This document shows positions 26,092-39,200 of a stretch of 64,000 nucleotides of DNA, piece after piece (positions within the stretch are counted from its first letter, which is position 1; each line of letters begins with the position of its first letter). The stretch is from Tubulanus polymorphus (Eukaryota; Animalia; Nemertea). The position numbers and the translations under genes were made by a program. Where the stretch lies: the NCBI RefSeq assembly GCF_964204645.1, contig NC_134032.1, positions 6,622,275-6,686,274 on the forward strand, given 5' to 3'. The notes beneath the pieces are model-generated. The model did not search any database and was not told where the DNA came from. It saw nothing but the letters and a program-made list of their open reading frames with translations.

Positions 26092-27210
26092 TTAAAAAGG
26101 AAAACTTAATCCTAAATAATGCAGGCCCGTGCCGAGCTTTTTTGAGGGGCAGTTCTGTTTCAAGGAATAGGCCTAGGGCACTTTATTAACTGCGAAAAGG
26201 TCTTAGAACACACATGTGAAAAGGGACACATCTAAAATATGATTTGCCCGGGTACCTGAAATAAATCATTTAAGAATGGTTCGCTTTTCATTTTCAGTCC
26301 AAAAAAACACATGGAAAAAATATCAAAATTTAGCGAAATCTTGACCAAAATTTTTTTCACCCAAATTTTTTTTCTATTCGCACTGGGTTTTGTTAACTAG
26401 GCCTAACCCCCGGCAATTGCGTTGGAACCACAGCGAGTGCTGTGGCCTAAGCCGCGGTAATAATTTACTGAATGTTTTTTTTTCTTTGACTACCACATTT
26501 TTTAAGAAATTAAGTAAAGGCGCCTCGGCAATATTTAGAACCTGTCCAAAATCGGCATTTGGTCGCACATCAATCAAAAATTGCTTCCAACGCGCCTGCT
26601 GGGACCCCTACTTGGCTAGGGCCTTTAATGATGCTCGTAGGCCTTAGGCCTACCCCATTCATTATTTGGTAAAGGTTTTGATTGGTAGGGGAGTGTCAAG
26701 ATTTGAAATCAGAATCAAAATAGATCAGAATCAAATTAGCCGACTTGCGGTCATTGTTGTTCGCCAAAATCAGCACTTTTTGAAGTTTTCAAGGGAAATT
26801 TTGAAGGCGCTTCCATCAATTTTGTTGATCTTTCACATAGGCCTGGGCTACTCTGTCTCTCTAAGCAAGGGCCTTTTTAGGATTGTTTGAGGGGTCGGAC
26901 CTGAAAATTGGAATTGGCACTTAGCCTACTTTGAAAAGGGCAGATTTTCCAATGTGAGGGCAGCAAGTACAAAACATAGGTGGTTCTTGTGGTATTTCAT
27001 TTCTTTAAAATCTCTTGGCAAAAAATATTTTTCCAGACTTTTTGAAGGGCTTGAATTTTGATGGGGTTGAACCAGTCTCCCCGCCCCCTAAATGTGCCCT
27101 TGTTAAGAAACCTTCGGCCCCAGTAGATCCATAAACCTTAGAATTTTACATTTTCATATTTTAGGATGGTATGATATAGTAGCCTTCCTTATAAATGCCA
27201 TAGTATTTTG

Positions 27211-30200
27211 ATGGAGATACTAAAATACGATCATGACAGTCTTTCTGTTGATATGTGCTCAACAAACATGCAAATGGTAAGATTTACTTGGCTTCCAAAT
27301 CAAAACCTGTCTTACTGCAGTCAGGGTGTTCTGTCATCCTGATATAATTTGCATATTTCATAATCATATAGATCTACAATGTCATATCGAACAGTTCATA
27401 ACATTTCATAGCTCTAATACATATTAATAAAAAATAATGATAATAATAATATAATATAACTTATGACTATAGTGTCAATATGTGCTTTAAGGTCGTAATC
27501 AACATGTGACATTACTCAACATGTTTTCACGATAATTAGCTATAGTCAGTGCTCATCGATAATTAATCAATGTCTCTCAAACATGTCACTAGGTGTTTGT
27601 TTGTGAGTCCTGATGTCTACAACTTGTCTGACACCTAGTTCTCACATTATACTCATGATTCTGTATATAAAGACTATGTTAAGCTATGATAATCATTCTC
27701 ATTCCGGGATGCAATAAAGATTGTACATATAAGGTTTAACTGCCTTGTTGTTCCTGATGGATGGAATCCTGTACCGCTGGTGTAAATGCTAGTTCCCCAG
27801 CCAGCTCGCCAATACAACAACCAGCCGGTTACAGTTCTATATTCATTGGCATTCAAGAGATTTTGAAAGTGCTGTTTTGGATAAATTAACTCAACAGTCA
27901 TTTGGAATACTGCAAAATTTATACATGACCACCAGTACACTGTTCAGTTACGTACCAACAATTGTTTTCATTTCTTTATTTTTTCCGATTTCAATTATTA
28001 CCATTGTTGTTATTAAGGTTTTTTGACTTTCGTCGAAAACCCTTTTGTAATTCTGTTGATTATTATTATTATTACAGTGGAACCTCGTTCTAACGAACTA
28101 ACGAACCATCGCTTGTTACGTACGAAAAACAAATCCTCATTTGCAATTAAATTTCATCGGAAACAACGACCCTTTTCTAACAAACTTTTGGTTATAACAA
28201 CCTTAGTTTTGGAGTCCTATTATATATTTTCATCTGTTCTAACGATCGTTAAGCCACGATCAATCACACTTGTTTAGTTATTGTCAGTTTCAAACCGAGA
28301 GAGACAGACTTGTTATTTATCTTAGATTAGTGATACAGATTAATGATGTGTTGCTGGCTGCTACAATTTGTAGTACGGTAGTCGGTCATTGTTTCAGCCT
28401 GTTTACAGTTATGGGCACGCGCTCAATGAAAACGTACTTCGCAAAACAATTACCATCAGAGAAATTGAAAAAGGGACTAAACGCTCTGAAGTTTTAAAAT
28501 TGTTCTGACGTTTTATCCGGCATAGCGTTGTTACATTAATTTCCTTGCTCTCGTTCCAAAGCATCCCCTGGGAGGGACTTATGCGTCCAACACATGTATT
28601 TGCCACTCAAAGTTAAGGAGAGCATATCTGAATTTGGTTTAAATTGATATTTTATTTCACAGCTTACAGTTGTCATTGAGCGATTTATTAGTTGACAGTA
28701 TTTATACTTACATAGTAGGCCTATTACAATGAAAGCAGTTGGTTTGTGTTTCATCACACCAGGGGGTGTTCCTTTACATACATAAACAATGTGAAACAGA
28801 TCTAACGAACTATCAGATTTTTATTTTTCCCCCAGCAGTTCGTTAGAACGAGGTTCCACTGTACGTATTTTCCACTTTTTTCGTCACATAAATTTCATCT
28901 ATCAGATTCGACAACTAACACATTCTAAACAAAATTTTGTACTCTGATAGTAATATAACAGTCTCTCTCTCTCTCTGCATAGATTATATGTATGTACTGT
29001 CCATCCTATTTTAAACTTAATTACTTTCTGTCAGACAGCAAACACCTGCGGAAATATGGATCTAGAGATCGGCAATCAGTATGTCCCTTCAGGTGTTCCG
29101 TACAAGGCCTACTGCATACTGCTGTACCGATAATACGTCAAAAAGAGGAATGCTCAGAGAATATTTTCAATTTTGGCCGCATGGCTTGTCAGAACACCCA
29201 TCATTGCTGCTTTGCAGCTCTGTTTTCATGTATCTATATGTTAATAATGTACATAACTTGACACTTTTTTGGTTAACAATTATCATTATAGTGTTGCTAT
29301 TAATGGACATTGTACCTAAGCAAACCTTTGATATTATGATTCTTTGTCAAATAAAGTCATATAGGCCTATACTTTTAAAGAAATGATGAAACTTACCACA
29401 ATTGGATCATGAGCATGAAACTAAGTGTATGTGTAGATATGTGAACTAAAAATGAATATGCATTCATTCATTATTTCAAATTTCAAAAGAATGCATTTTT
29501 CATTGAAATGTTAAAAATTATATCTGGGAAAAAACTGTGCTTGATCCCCTCTGCTTAAATTCCTGGATCTGCCCCTGTACATAGGCCCAGTGCAATTTTT
29601 ATTTGGCCTGTATAATATGAGGAATGATGAATGGGTATTAATTAAATCTGAAGAAATCTGGCATCGTTTCCTACTGCACACGAGCAACATCAGGTTGATC
29701 CTCGCTCGCCACGGTCAATTGTGGAGATCTCATTCTCTTTAAGTGCTTTTTTTTTTTAAGGGAGCAGATAATTGCGGCAATCAATTGCGGATCAGGTGCG
29801 GTGACTTGTCGGCAACACTAATTAAGGATCAATTTATGTGTCCAGGAATCCATTCGTTATGTATTCAACTCAATGATGAAGACACCGATGCCCTTGTTAC
29901 TCCTAAGAATTTCACCGACATGGCCGGCAAGTCGAGTCTGAAAGATTGGAAGACGGCAATACGTATCAATGGTAGACCGCTGCGGTAAGAATTGAAGATG
30001 TCTCCATCTATTTTGGGACTACAATTACCAGTTAATTGTAACCAAAATTGGGCAACTAACCTTAGACTGATCGAAAGTCTACTTTTGAAGATCCTCAGAC
30101 AATGCATGGTTTTTTTATCGAAAGAGGGGTAAATATGTGGTATTTCGATCAAAAAAGACACAATTCGCTGTACATGGATCATAAAGGTGGCCAATGCATT

Positions 30201-33200
30201 GTATTTTGATGACAAAAGGTAGTATTTTGATGAAAAAGGGCACCAACACGTGTTTCGCATCTTGATGAAAAAACATGGTATTTCGAAGAAACTGAAACAA
30301 ATGTGTTGTAGGCCTATTCCAATTTGAGGGCCAAATAGGCCTGTAGGCCTGAGGTAAATAAGAGAAATGGCAATAATTTGAAAGTATCTTTCCAGGAAGT
30401 ATATGGAGCTAGGTTATTTGGATTTCTACGAACACAATATGCGATGTACAATGCGTTGTTTCCCGCGCTCGGTGGTGAGTCGAGATGACTTGCTCGACCC
30501 CCACTCCCCACTCGCCTTAACTGGTAATCACCATCTTGAAAATAATATGCTGGACGACGAATCAGAGGGAGAGCCACCGGTCGCAAAACGAAGCAGACGC
30601 AAGCTGAGTAACCCGATGCAGACAATTAGCTTCCGGCGATATTCGCAGGCAATTCGTGATGGCGTCAACCCGTTCAGTCAACACGTAGACGATGATATAC
30701 ACCAGTTCGACATGTTCAGTCGACAACGCGACGTCAATCACAACGCGTTAAAGCGTAATGCCTCTTTTTCTTTGTCAAAAAGTCACGACGAGGACGTCGA
30801 ATTAGCGCGACAGAAACGAGTCATACGCTACGAGGAACTGACGAGTGTTCGTCTTGATAATGAGGATGAGCCTGTGGTGCCACCTAGCGATTGTACCAGG
30901 AAGTCAGATGGAGCTTTGAATTCACCCGGGGTGGCCGATGTATCTGGTAATGCCGGTTAGTTTTTCTTCTCAGGGAATCAAGTCTTGTTCAAAAAGGCCT
31001 ACCATCTCCTAGGCTGGTTCCATAGTCCAGACTTGCGCTTAGGGCCTAGTCTAAAAGTGGTGTTAGATCTTGAACCTATTCTTAAGTTGTTGGATTGGCT
31101 AAAGAATGGTTAATGGTCTTAGACTGTTCTTGAATCTAAGACACAAATATGGAAGGTCCCCTTGGCTTGCTGATTGTTCTCTCCCCTTTTTAACCCACTT
31201 GGGACTTCAGTCCCAGCGGGCTATTGCGTTCACTTTTTGTCCTCATCCGTCCGTAGACGGAATCCAGTTATTTTGGGAAGTTTTAAAGACGCCTAGATGT
31301 AATGTCTTGATATTGGGGTTAAAAATGTATCTACCCTAGACTCATCTTCAGCCCGAAATCTGCCCCTGTCAGAATCAAGATGGCCGACTGGCAGCCATTG
31401 TTGTTGCCAAAATCAGCACTTTTTACACATTTTTTAACTTTATGAGGGAAATTTTGAAGACACTTTGATCAATTACGTTGATCTTTCGTTTATATTTGAA
31501 TCCCCAAAGGGCCCATCAGCATAACAAGAATTGGGTTGATCGGACTCAAGATGGTCGTCCTATGACCTTTTTAGTGCCCAAAAATGTCAATTTCAGCCCG
31601 AATTCTGAGTCCTGTAGCTTCCTACTGTTTTGCCATTTCACAATTTTTGATTGGTATTCTTTGGAATGGGATGTTTTATACCCGAGACCGGCATTTTTCA
31701 TCAGCCAATTATGACGAAATTGGTGGCCATCTTGGTGTCATCAGTACTCATTCGTAGGTGGGAAAAAGTTTGTCCTCATTATATTGATACCTAAGCATAT
31801 TTTGTTACCACAATCGATTGAAAAGTTGTAGCTCATAACGTGTCCTATGATTTTGGTGAGTTTCAAGGTCATTGGTTTTTGTATATGGCCACCAGGGGGC
31901 GTTGAATAATGGAATATCTTAACATTTCTATATTATATTCGTACCTATGCATATTTTGTAACCACAATCAATTGGAAAGTTGTAGCTCATGACATCATCT
32001 ACTATTGTTGCGAGTTTTAAGGACATTGTTTATTCTATATGGTCACCAGGGGGCGTTGAATAGTAGAATAACTTAATATTTCCTTATTATATTGGTACCT
32101 AGGCATATTTTGTTACCATGATCAATTGCAAAGTTGTAGTTCATGACATGTTCTATGAATGTGGTAAGTTTCGAGGTCATTGGGTTTTGAATATGGTCAC
32201 CAGGGGGCGTTGAATATTGAAATTGTTAGATTGTTGAGCATTTGGAACCACTTCCCAAGTGGGCATGGTGTCCCTGGGCCCCTAGTTGTATTTGTATTTG
32301 GTCGCCAGGGGGTGTTGAATAGTCACTTAGTATTTCCATATTATATTAGTAGCTAGGCATATTTTGTTGCAACATTCAATTGCGAAATTGTTGGTCATTA
32401 GATGTTCTATGATTGTGGTGAGTTTGAGTTCATTGATTTCCGTATATGGTCACCAGGGGATGTTGAATATAAAATTGTTAGATTGTTGCAGAGTTGCCAC
32501 TTCTCCGGATTTCTCCGGAATTCCGGATTTTAAAAAAATCCAATTTCATATCCGGATTTTCGGGAGAAGTCAAATAACCACAAAAGAAAACATCGCGAAA
32601 AAAATAAAATCAATTCGGGATTCGACCCTAAACATCATAACGTGACGGCTCCGTAGAGGGTTCGAAAAAGCCGTATTGTGCTGCCACGTAGTGGCAACAA
32701 CCCCGCAGTACACGATTAAACCAAGATGACGCGATGATCGAAATCGACTGACGCTTCGTTTGTTTTTGGCTCTGGTTTATATATGAGGTGTATTTGACGG
32801 AACCAATCACTATTTGAAAAAATGATCTATAGGCGGTAATAAAAGTGAGGCCTATAACGCGTATTGCGCCAGAACGCATCTCCTGGCGTTCTAATTTTGA
32901 AAAAATTTCCGGGGGAGGCCCCCCAGACCCGCCGACTTATTTTCCGGATTTTTAGCTTCACATAAGTGGCAACTCTGTTGTTGAGCATTTGAAACCACAT
33001 CCCAAGTGGGCATGGTTTCCCTGGACCCCTAGTTTAAGTTTTTTGGGCAGTTTTGTAGAAGTTTCAATGGATTGATATTTGATTTATATATGTATCTACC
33101 ATAGACATAACTGCAGTCCAAAAACTAACCCGATCAGATTCAAGCTGGTCTTTGTATTTTTCAATTAGTCGATTTTTATGCAATCATTATTGGCCATCTT

Positions 33201-36200
33201 AAATGTCATTTGGTCCTCCTTGATTGGTGGAAAACGGTTCTTTATTCAAACCAAATGAAGACATTTTTGGGACTTTGAGTGGTCTTGCAAAAGACTTGAT
33301 GATAATTTTTTATCTGAATTTCAGTGTCCTTGGACAGTCCGTTTTTCTGGCAGTGCATTGTAGATTATGGTTTAATCGATGAGGTCTTCAAAGACATCAT
33401 CCATTCCATACGCATTTTTAAACTTCGATTGATGAATGACGCCGTCGAAAAAACAGGTACAACCTAGAACCCGGTTGCGCTGTGAAATTAAACCACTCAA
33501 CTGTGGAACTGGATTCAGAGTCAAAATGAATCAAATTAGACCCACACGACTGTGGTTCAGAGTCTAAATAAACCCACACAACTGTGGAACTGGGTCCAGA
33601 ATCAAACAAACCCACACAATGTGAATCTGCTAACATGCAAATTCTTCCTTTCTGCGCAGAAGCCGAACAATTGTCGAACATAGTCGGGGAGTTGAAGTTG
33701 ATGGATCGACTACGATACAAACTCTCAATGAAACAGAAAAAACTACGACAAGAAGGAAAATCGCTCGAACAAGAAGTTGAAAGTATGTACTGTTCAAATC
33801 CGATTCCACAGTTGTGAGTTAGAGTTAACTCAGAGTCCGTTTATTTTAAACAGATTTTTAGCTCATTTGTGACTTTCGTCCCATCGGGCTATTGCGTTCA
33901 CTTTAGGGTCCTTGTCCATCCATTCCTTCATTCGTTCATCCATCCGTAGATGGAATCCAGTTGTTTTGGAAAGTTTTGAAGACGCTTCCATGGATTGCCT
34001 TCATATGTAATTTATGCATGTATCTATCCCAGATACATCTTCAACCCAAAAATAGCCTTGATCAGAATCAAAATGGCTGACTGGGGGCCATTTTTATTCG
34101 CCAAAATTAGTACTTTTTATACATTTTTCGAAGTTTTTAAGGGAAATTTTGAAGACTCTTCTATCAATATCTGGATCTTTTACTTATATTTGTATCCCCA
34201 AGGGGTCGATCGGACGCAGTCCTGTGATCTGCCAATCTTTGTCTGAATTCTATGATTGCTTCTTAAATGGTAACTGACACTTGTTTTTTTATTTCAAAAT
34301 ATGATGTATTCTATTGATCTATACACTCATCTTCAACCGTTCTGTTAAAAAATGTTTAGTTTACGCGTAATTTGTGATTTTGTAATATAATTTGTGACCT
34401 CATTTCGTTGTGTATATCTCTTACTGTTCAGAGTTGGCTAAACCAGCAGGTGCGCGCTGCAAAGTCATTTACGGGACAGCTGAGAAATAGCGTCTATAGA
34501 AATGCGTTGAATTTTGAGGAAATGGTGTGTATTTTCTGTTATATCTTAATGCGGGCAAGATTGTTTTACAGTTTTGAAACTGGCCAGGGAGGTAGAAGGA
34601 TCTATTGTCTATTGCATCAACCTATTTCAAAGAATCAACGAGTAATTTGAATAGGCTTAATCGATCAAATTGAAGTTGCAGATTTCAATCCGCTGCTATG
34701 AAGCTATTAAAGTACACTATGCTTAAGGCTCTCAGCACTTACTTCTGCTCCATAGTTCACCTATAGTCCAGCACCACAAACATACTATACAGTGTCTTAT
34801 AAGCACTCACAGATTTTGAGCTCACTAAAGAATAGATAAATTCATATTCATTTGCTATTTACTATTTTTCATAGTCATTTAAGTAGTTTGAAAACTAACA
34901 CTTCAAAACTCTACAAAAACTTTCAATAAATTTCTACAGCCTTTACAACAAATAATATTCAAAGGAATAATGTTTTTCAATTCATATTTAACTATCAATT
35001 GTCTCACGCTGCTGAAGAGTTTAGATAGATTACATCACAAATCCTATTTTTGCGCTTAGTTTGAACAGATGTGGTCCGTTCAACAGCTAATTATAATATA
35101 TAATGATATGTAGACTTTCAAAATCAAGAGGCATTTTGTCTGAATTCGAATGCCAAATAAGTATAAAATTAAGTTGAATTGCTCTTGTAGCTTATTTCCT
35201 ATTCATTTCTATAGACATCATTTCCGAGCCGTCTCTTTAGTGACGTAGTTCTATTAATAGACACAATACATAAAATCAATTCTAACTAGATTGAAGAGAT
35301 TTGTCCAATTTTGAAATTACGTAGCCTTATTGTATACTATTATCTATCGTTTAGTGTAAAAAGTAGAAAATCTTTTAAAAAGTGTCAGTTACCCTTTATG
35401 CAGGTGTCAATGAATGACCTGAATATCCCCCCTCTCCCCTGGGTGAGGCATTCGACAGGTATACGATCAATACGATGTCCATACGATGCTACTAGCCTAT
35501 CGTACATGAATCAATTCATTATCAGTTTTTAATAGACTGCCTAACGAAACGGATTTTTGAACTTCCGTATCAATGTTGTATCTCTGTTCTGACGGAATAT
35601 TAATGAAATGAACAAACGTCGAATAAATGTCTCTCAATAAACCTAAATTCCATTGCTAGGATTCAATTGGATGAATGATGACGTCATATCTCAATCCTTA
35701 TGTGTATTAGACTGGTTGACTGTCTCATTCAATAAGCTTATGGAAGATAGAAACCGGTGACCAGTCTTGGATACAACCGCATAGTTAAAAGTTTTATGGA
35801 ATTGAATAATCGCGCCCCGTGGACATTGCCAAATCTTTATTCTTAAAATCTGTAATCTGAAATGCTTATATGAATTACCGCTTTTTGATGTGACTTGACC
35901 CTTTGACACTTGTTGTTGGTTGTTGACACTAATTAGTGTGACTCATCGATTGCGATTCTGTTCGTACTGTGACTGACTGTGAGAACATCGATTGCCTTAT
36001 ATCTCCATGTTGGCAGTTGACGTATAGATTTCGAATGCCTGGGAACACAAAAACTGACCAAAGTCTTATTGTGATAGTATGCCTGTCTGACCAGTAAGCC
36101 CTGTCTGTGAATCCTTATGGTATGCCTGTCGTATTGAAAATAGAAATAATCGAATGCCTCATCTGGGGGTTCAGGTCATTCATTGACACCTGCATTAATG

Positions 36201-39200
36201 GTTAGCTATTTTTCATTGAAATTTGTGATAGGCATTCTATGAAACGAGGTCTCCCTGGACCCCTATTCTAACTCCTGAGTCAAATCTTATCTCATTGGAA
36301 AAATCGGAGGTTTCCTGATTAATTTTTCCCAAATAAGAGAGTTTGAATTTCTTTGGCCGGTTTAACAAAACGTAATTAACCCTTGATTATGATTAAATCA
36401 CAATTATCAAGTTAGGTGTTCTGCAAATGAAATTAACTTAAATTGAAATAAGGTTAATTACCAGTACCAAAATAAATTCTCCTCTAGAGCATTGGTTAAT
36501 CATTTAATGGTGATTAGTTTCTTAGAATAACCAAAAAATTTCAGATATTTTTTATGAAATTTGGTGTTGATAATAACTGATGGAGGCAATTTCTATCTAT
36601 ATTCATTTTTTCAGATTGTCTGAATTATTTAGATTTTTTTTGCCACTTTGTAAATGATGTCAATACTGTAATCTAAATCTTATTTATTTTCAAACACCCC
36701 AAGTATTTCCATCGAGTACTGTACCCTTTCCTATGGTTTTTGCCAATATTTTCTAAATTTGGATTTATCGCCAATGGTTTTTCTATACGACCCGGCCCTG
36801 CGGTATTGCATTTAGCCACCGGCTAAATCCGCCATCTTTTTTCTTGGCGTTCTCGCAGTAGAACGCGTTGGATTTTTTCGCCGTAAAAATCTGGGAATTA
36901 GGATATTAGGGAATTTTCACTCTCGTAACGGTGAGTCCGTTCGGTTTGGGGGTTATCCCTGATTTCTTTTTTTCCGTAAGAATTTTATTTACAAATATAA
37001 TTTGATTGAATTGAATTGAATTGTTTTGATTTGTAACAGGATAATTATGCCACCCCCTCCTAAGGGTCAGCATCGTGGCGGGGAGGGATGCGGGCATTTG
37101 TTTGGCGCCTGGGACAACCACGATTCATGTGCGTCGTGCAGGCGCAAATCCGGTCAAATATGTGCAAGGAGCAATCCTTGCAATATTTGCGTCGTGTGGT
37201 CCGAGGACCTTTGGCTTCGGGCCGATAAGGCTCTTAAACTAAGAGATCGTCGTCGAGTTAGCAGGGATTCGTCGGTTTCGGCCGATGTGCCAACCGACGT
37301 TTCTAATCCTGTTTCTTATCGTAAAGCGGAGCGGTCGCCGGTCGTTCAGGTACGATCGGCTTCCCAACTCCGTTCACCGGGGAGGAACGCTGGTTCACCG
37401 GCACCGGTCTCCAGTCATTCACCGGTCTCTGGTCGTTCACCGGCACCGGTCTCCGGTCATTCACCGGTCTCTGGTCGTTCACCGGTTCGGCCGGTTCGGC
37501 TGGTTCAGACTACATGTTCGGAACCGAGCGCGCGCCGCGGTAGTCGCGAACGGCCCGCACCGGTTCGGTCGGTACCGGTCCGGTCCGGGTCGGGCATCGG
37601 TCCGGTTCGGCCACCGGTCCGGTCCAGACGTCGTCTGGTTCAAAACATCCGGTACGTTCATCGTCTGATTCTGATCGTCGCTCCGGGGATAGAGCTCGCT
37701 CTCCCACTAGATTTAGACGCCGTGAGCGTAATAAACGGGCAAGATCTCCTTCTCGCAGATCAAGGTTTGATCGCGAGAGGGACTACGATCGTTATTGTCG
37801 GAAGTTTCGCCGTCGGTCTTCTCATCGTTCGTCGACGTCGGTTAGCGATGAAAGCGATTCTTCTAGTAGGTCGCGATCCCGTTCGAGGGACCGTCACCGA
37901 AGTCGGCATGATCGTCGGGATACTGGAAAATACCTGACTCAGAAGGATTTCCATGTATTTGAGGAGAAAATTTTAAACTTGTTATCTTCGTCGCAACAAG
38001 TCGCTGCAACTTCTACAACAGGTAAGCCTATTCCTGATTGTCCGGTTAGAAGTTCGCCAGCCCACTCAGTTTTTCGGAATTCTGACTCTGAATTCCTGGA
38101 TGCTGCGGTAGGGTCTGATTTCAATGAGGATCCGGTCCCAGAGGCGGCAATTCCTTCTGGGGTCGTTCCTGTCGCAAGCAATTGTGGGTTGCCCCAGACG
38201 ATGGGGGCTTCCCTGGCTCGCAATGTATATCCGTCCCGTTCAGTTTTATCCGAACCAGCGGGGGACATGCCATTTAGAGCGATGATAAGTGAGTTCTTTG
38301 TCAAGCACGGGGCAACTCGCGCTAAGCCCACAGCAGCTCCTCTGGTCGGTGAGTCAATGGAAGCTTATCGCCCTCCGGACTCCGATCTTAACGTTTTACG
38401 GGAATCGTCAGCGGTTTCAAGAGAATGGGCTCGATTGGATACGCAATTATGGGGTGAATGTCGGCCTGGAACTTTTTCATTTCCCCCTCCAGAACGGGGT
38501 ATGAAATCTGGGAAATATTTTAGTTCAACCGATCCACCTATAGGCGCATTTCGCTCGGCGTATTACGCAACTCCAGGTGCTGTGGATCACAGTCATAACT
38601 GCCTGGATGCTGATTATACTTTGATCAGCCCGGATACTGTTACAGCACAGTCGGGTATTCGTTTGCCTAAGTCCGGTTTGGTGGCCATGACGTCAATCCT
38701 GGACAATCTTACCAGGGTTGGTTCGTTTCAAGATATGGCACTTAAGGTGTTGACGGGTGAGCTTCGCGAGACTCACGCCGCCGTTCATGCGGGCTCCGAC
38801 CCAGAGTCAGTTGCCCTAAAACTGGAGGGAATGGACCGGATTATCCAATCTTTGGCTCGGTCTGTTTCGCATGTAATTCCGTTGTCGGTTCGGGGTCAGG
38901 CTAATCTGGTGTTAGCCTCCCGTCAGTCAGTGATGGACTCCAGTGCCAAAACTCGTCTACCGGATATGGTGTCCAATGCTTTGCTGAGAGCCCCATTGGG
39001 GACGTCTTCACGTCTCTTCTCCGGTTGGTGCGCTCCGGTTTCCGCAGAGCTGAGGAAGATTCGGGAGGTTCAGGCCAAGTCCAACCCCCGAACTCCGTGG
39101 AAAAAGCGTTCTGGTCCGACGCCGGCGGCGCAAGGTTCGGCACGGACGCAAACAGGACCATCTCAAACTTCAGCGCTTTCTCAGGCGGTTTCGGATGCCG

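Noticed and set aside
34431-34523. Possible extra GMEB exon (SWLNQQVRAAKSF...)
   Set aside because: Open only in phase 0, whereas the flanking exons need phase 1, where it reaches a TAG. No family similarity recognised.
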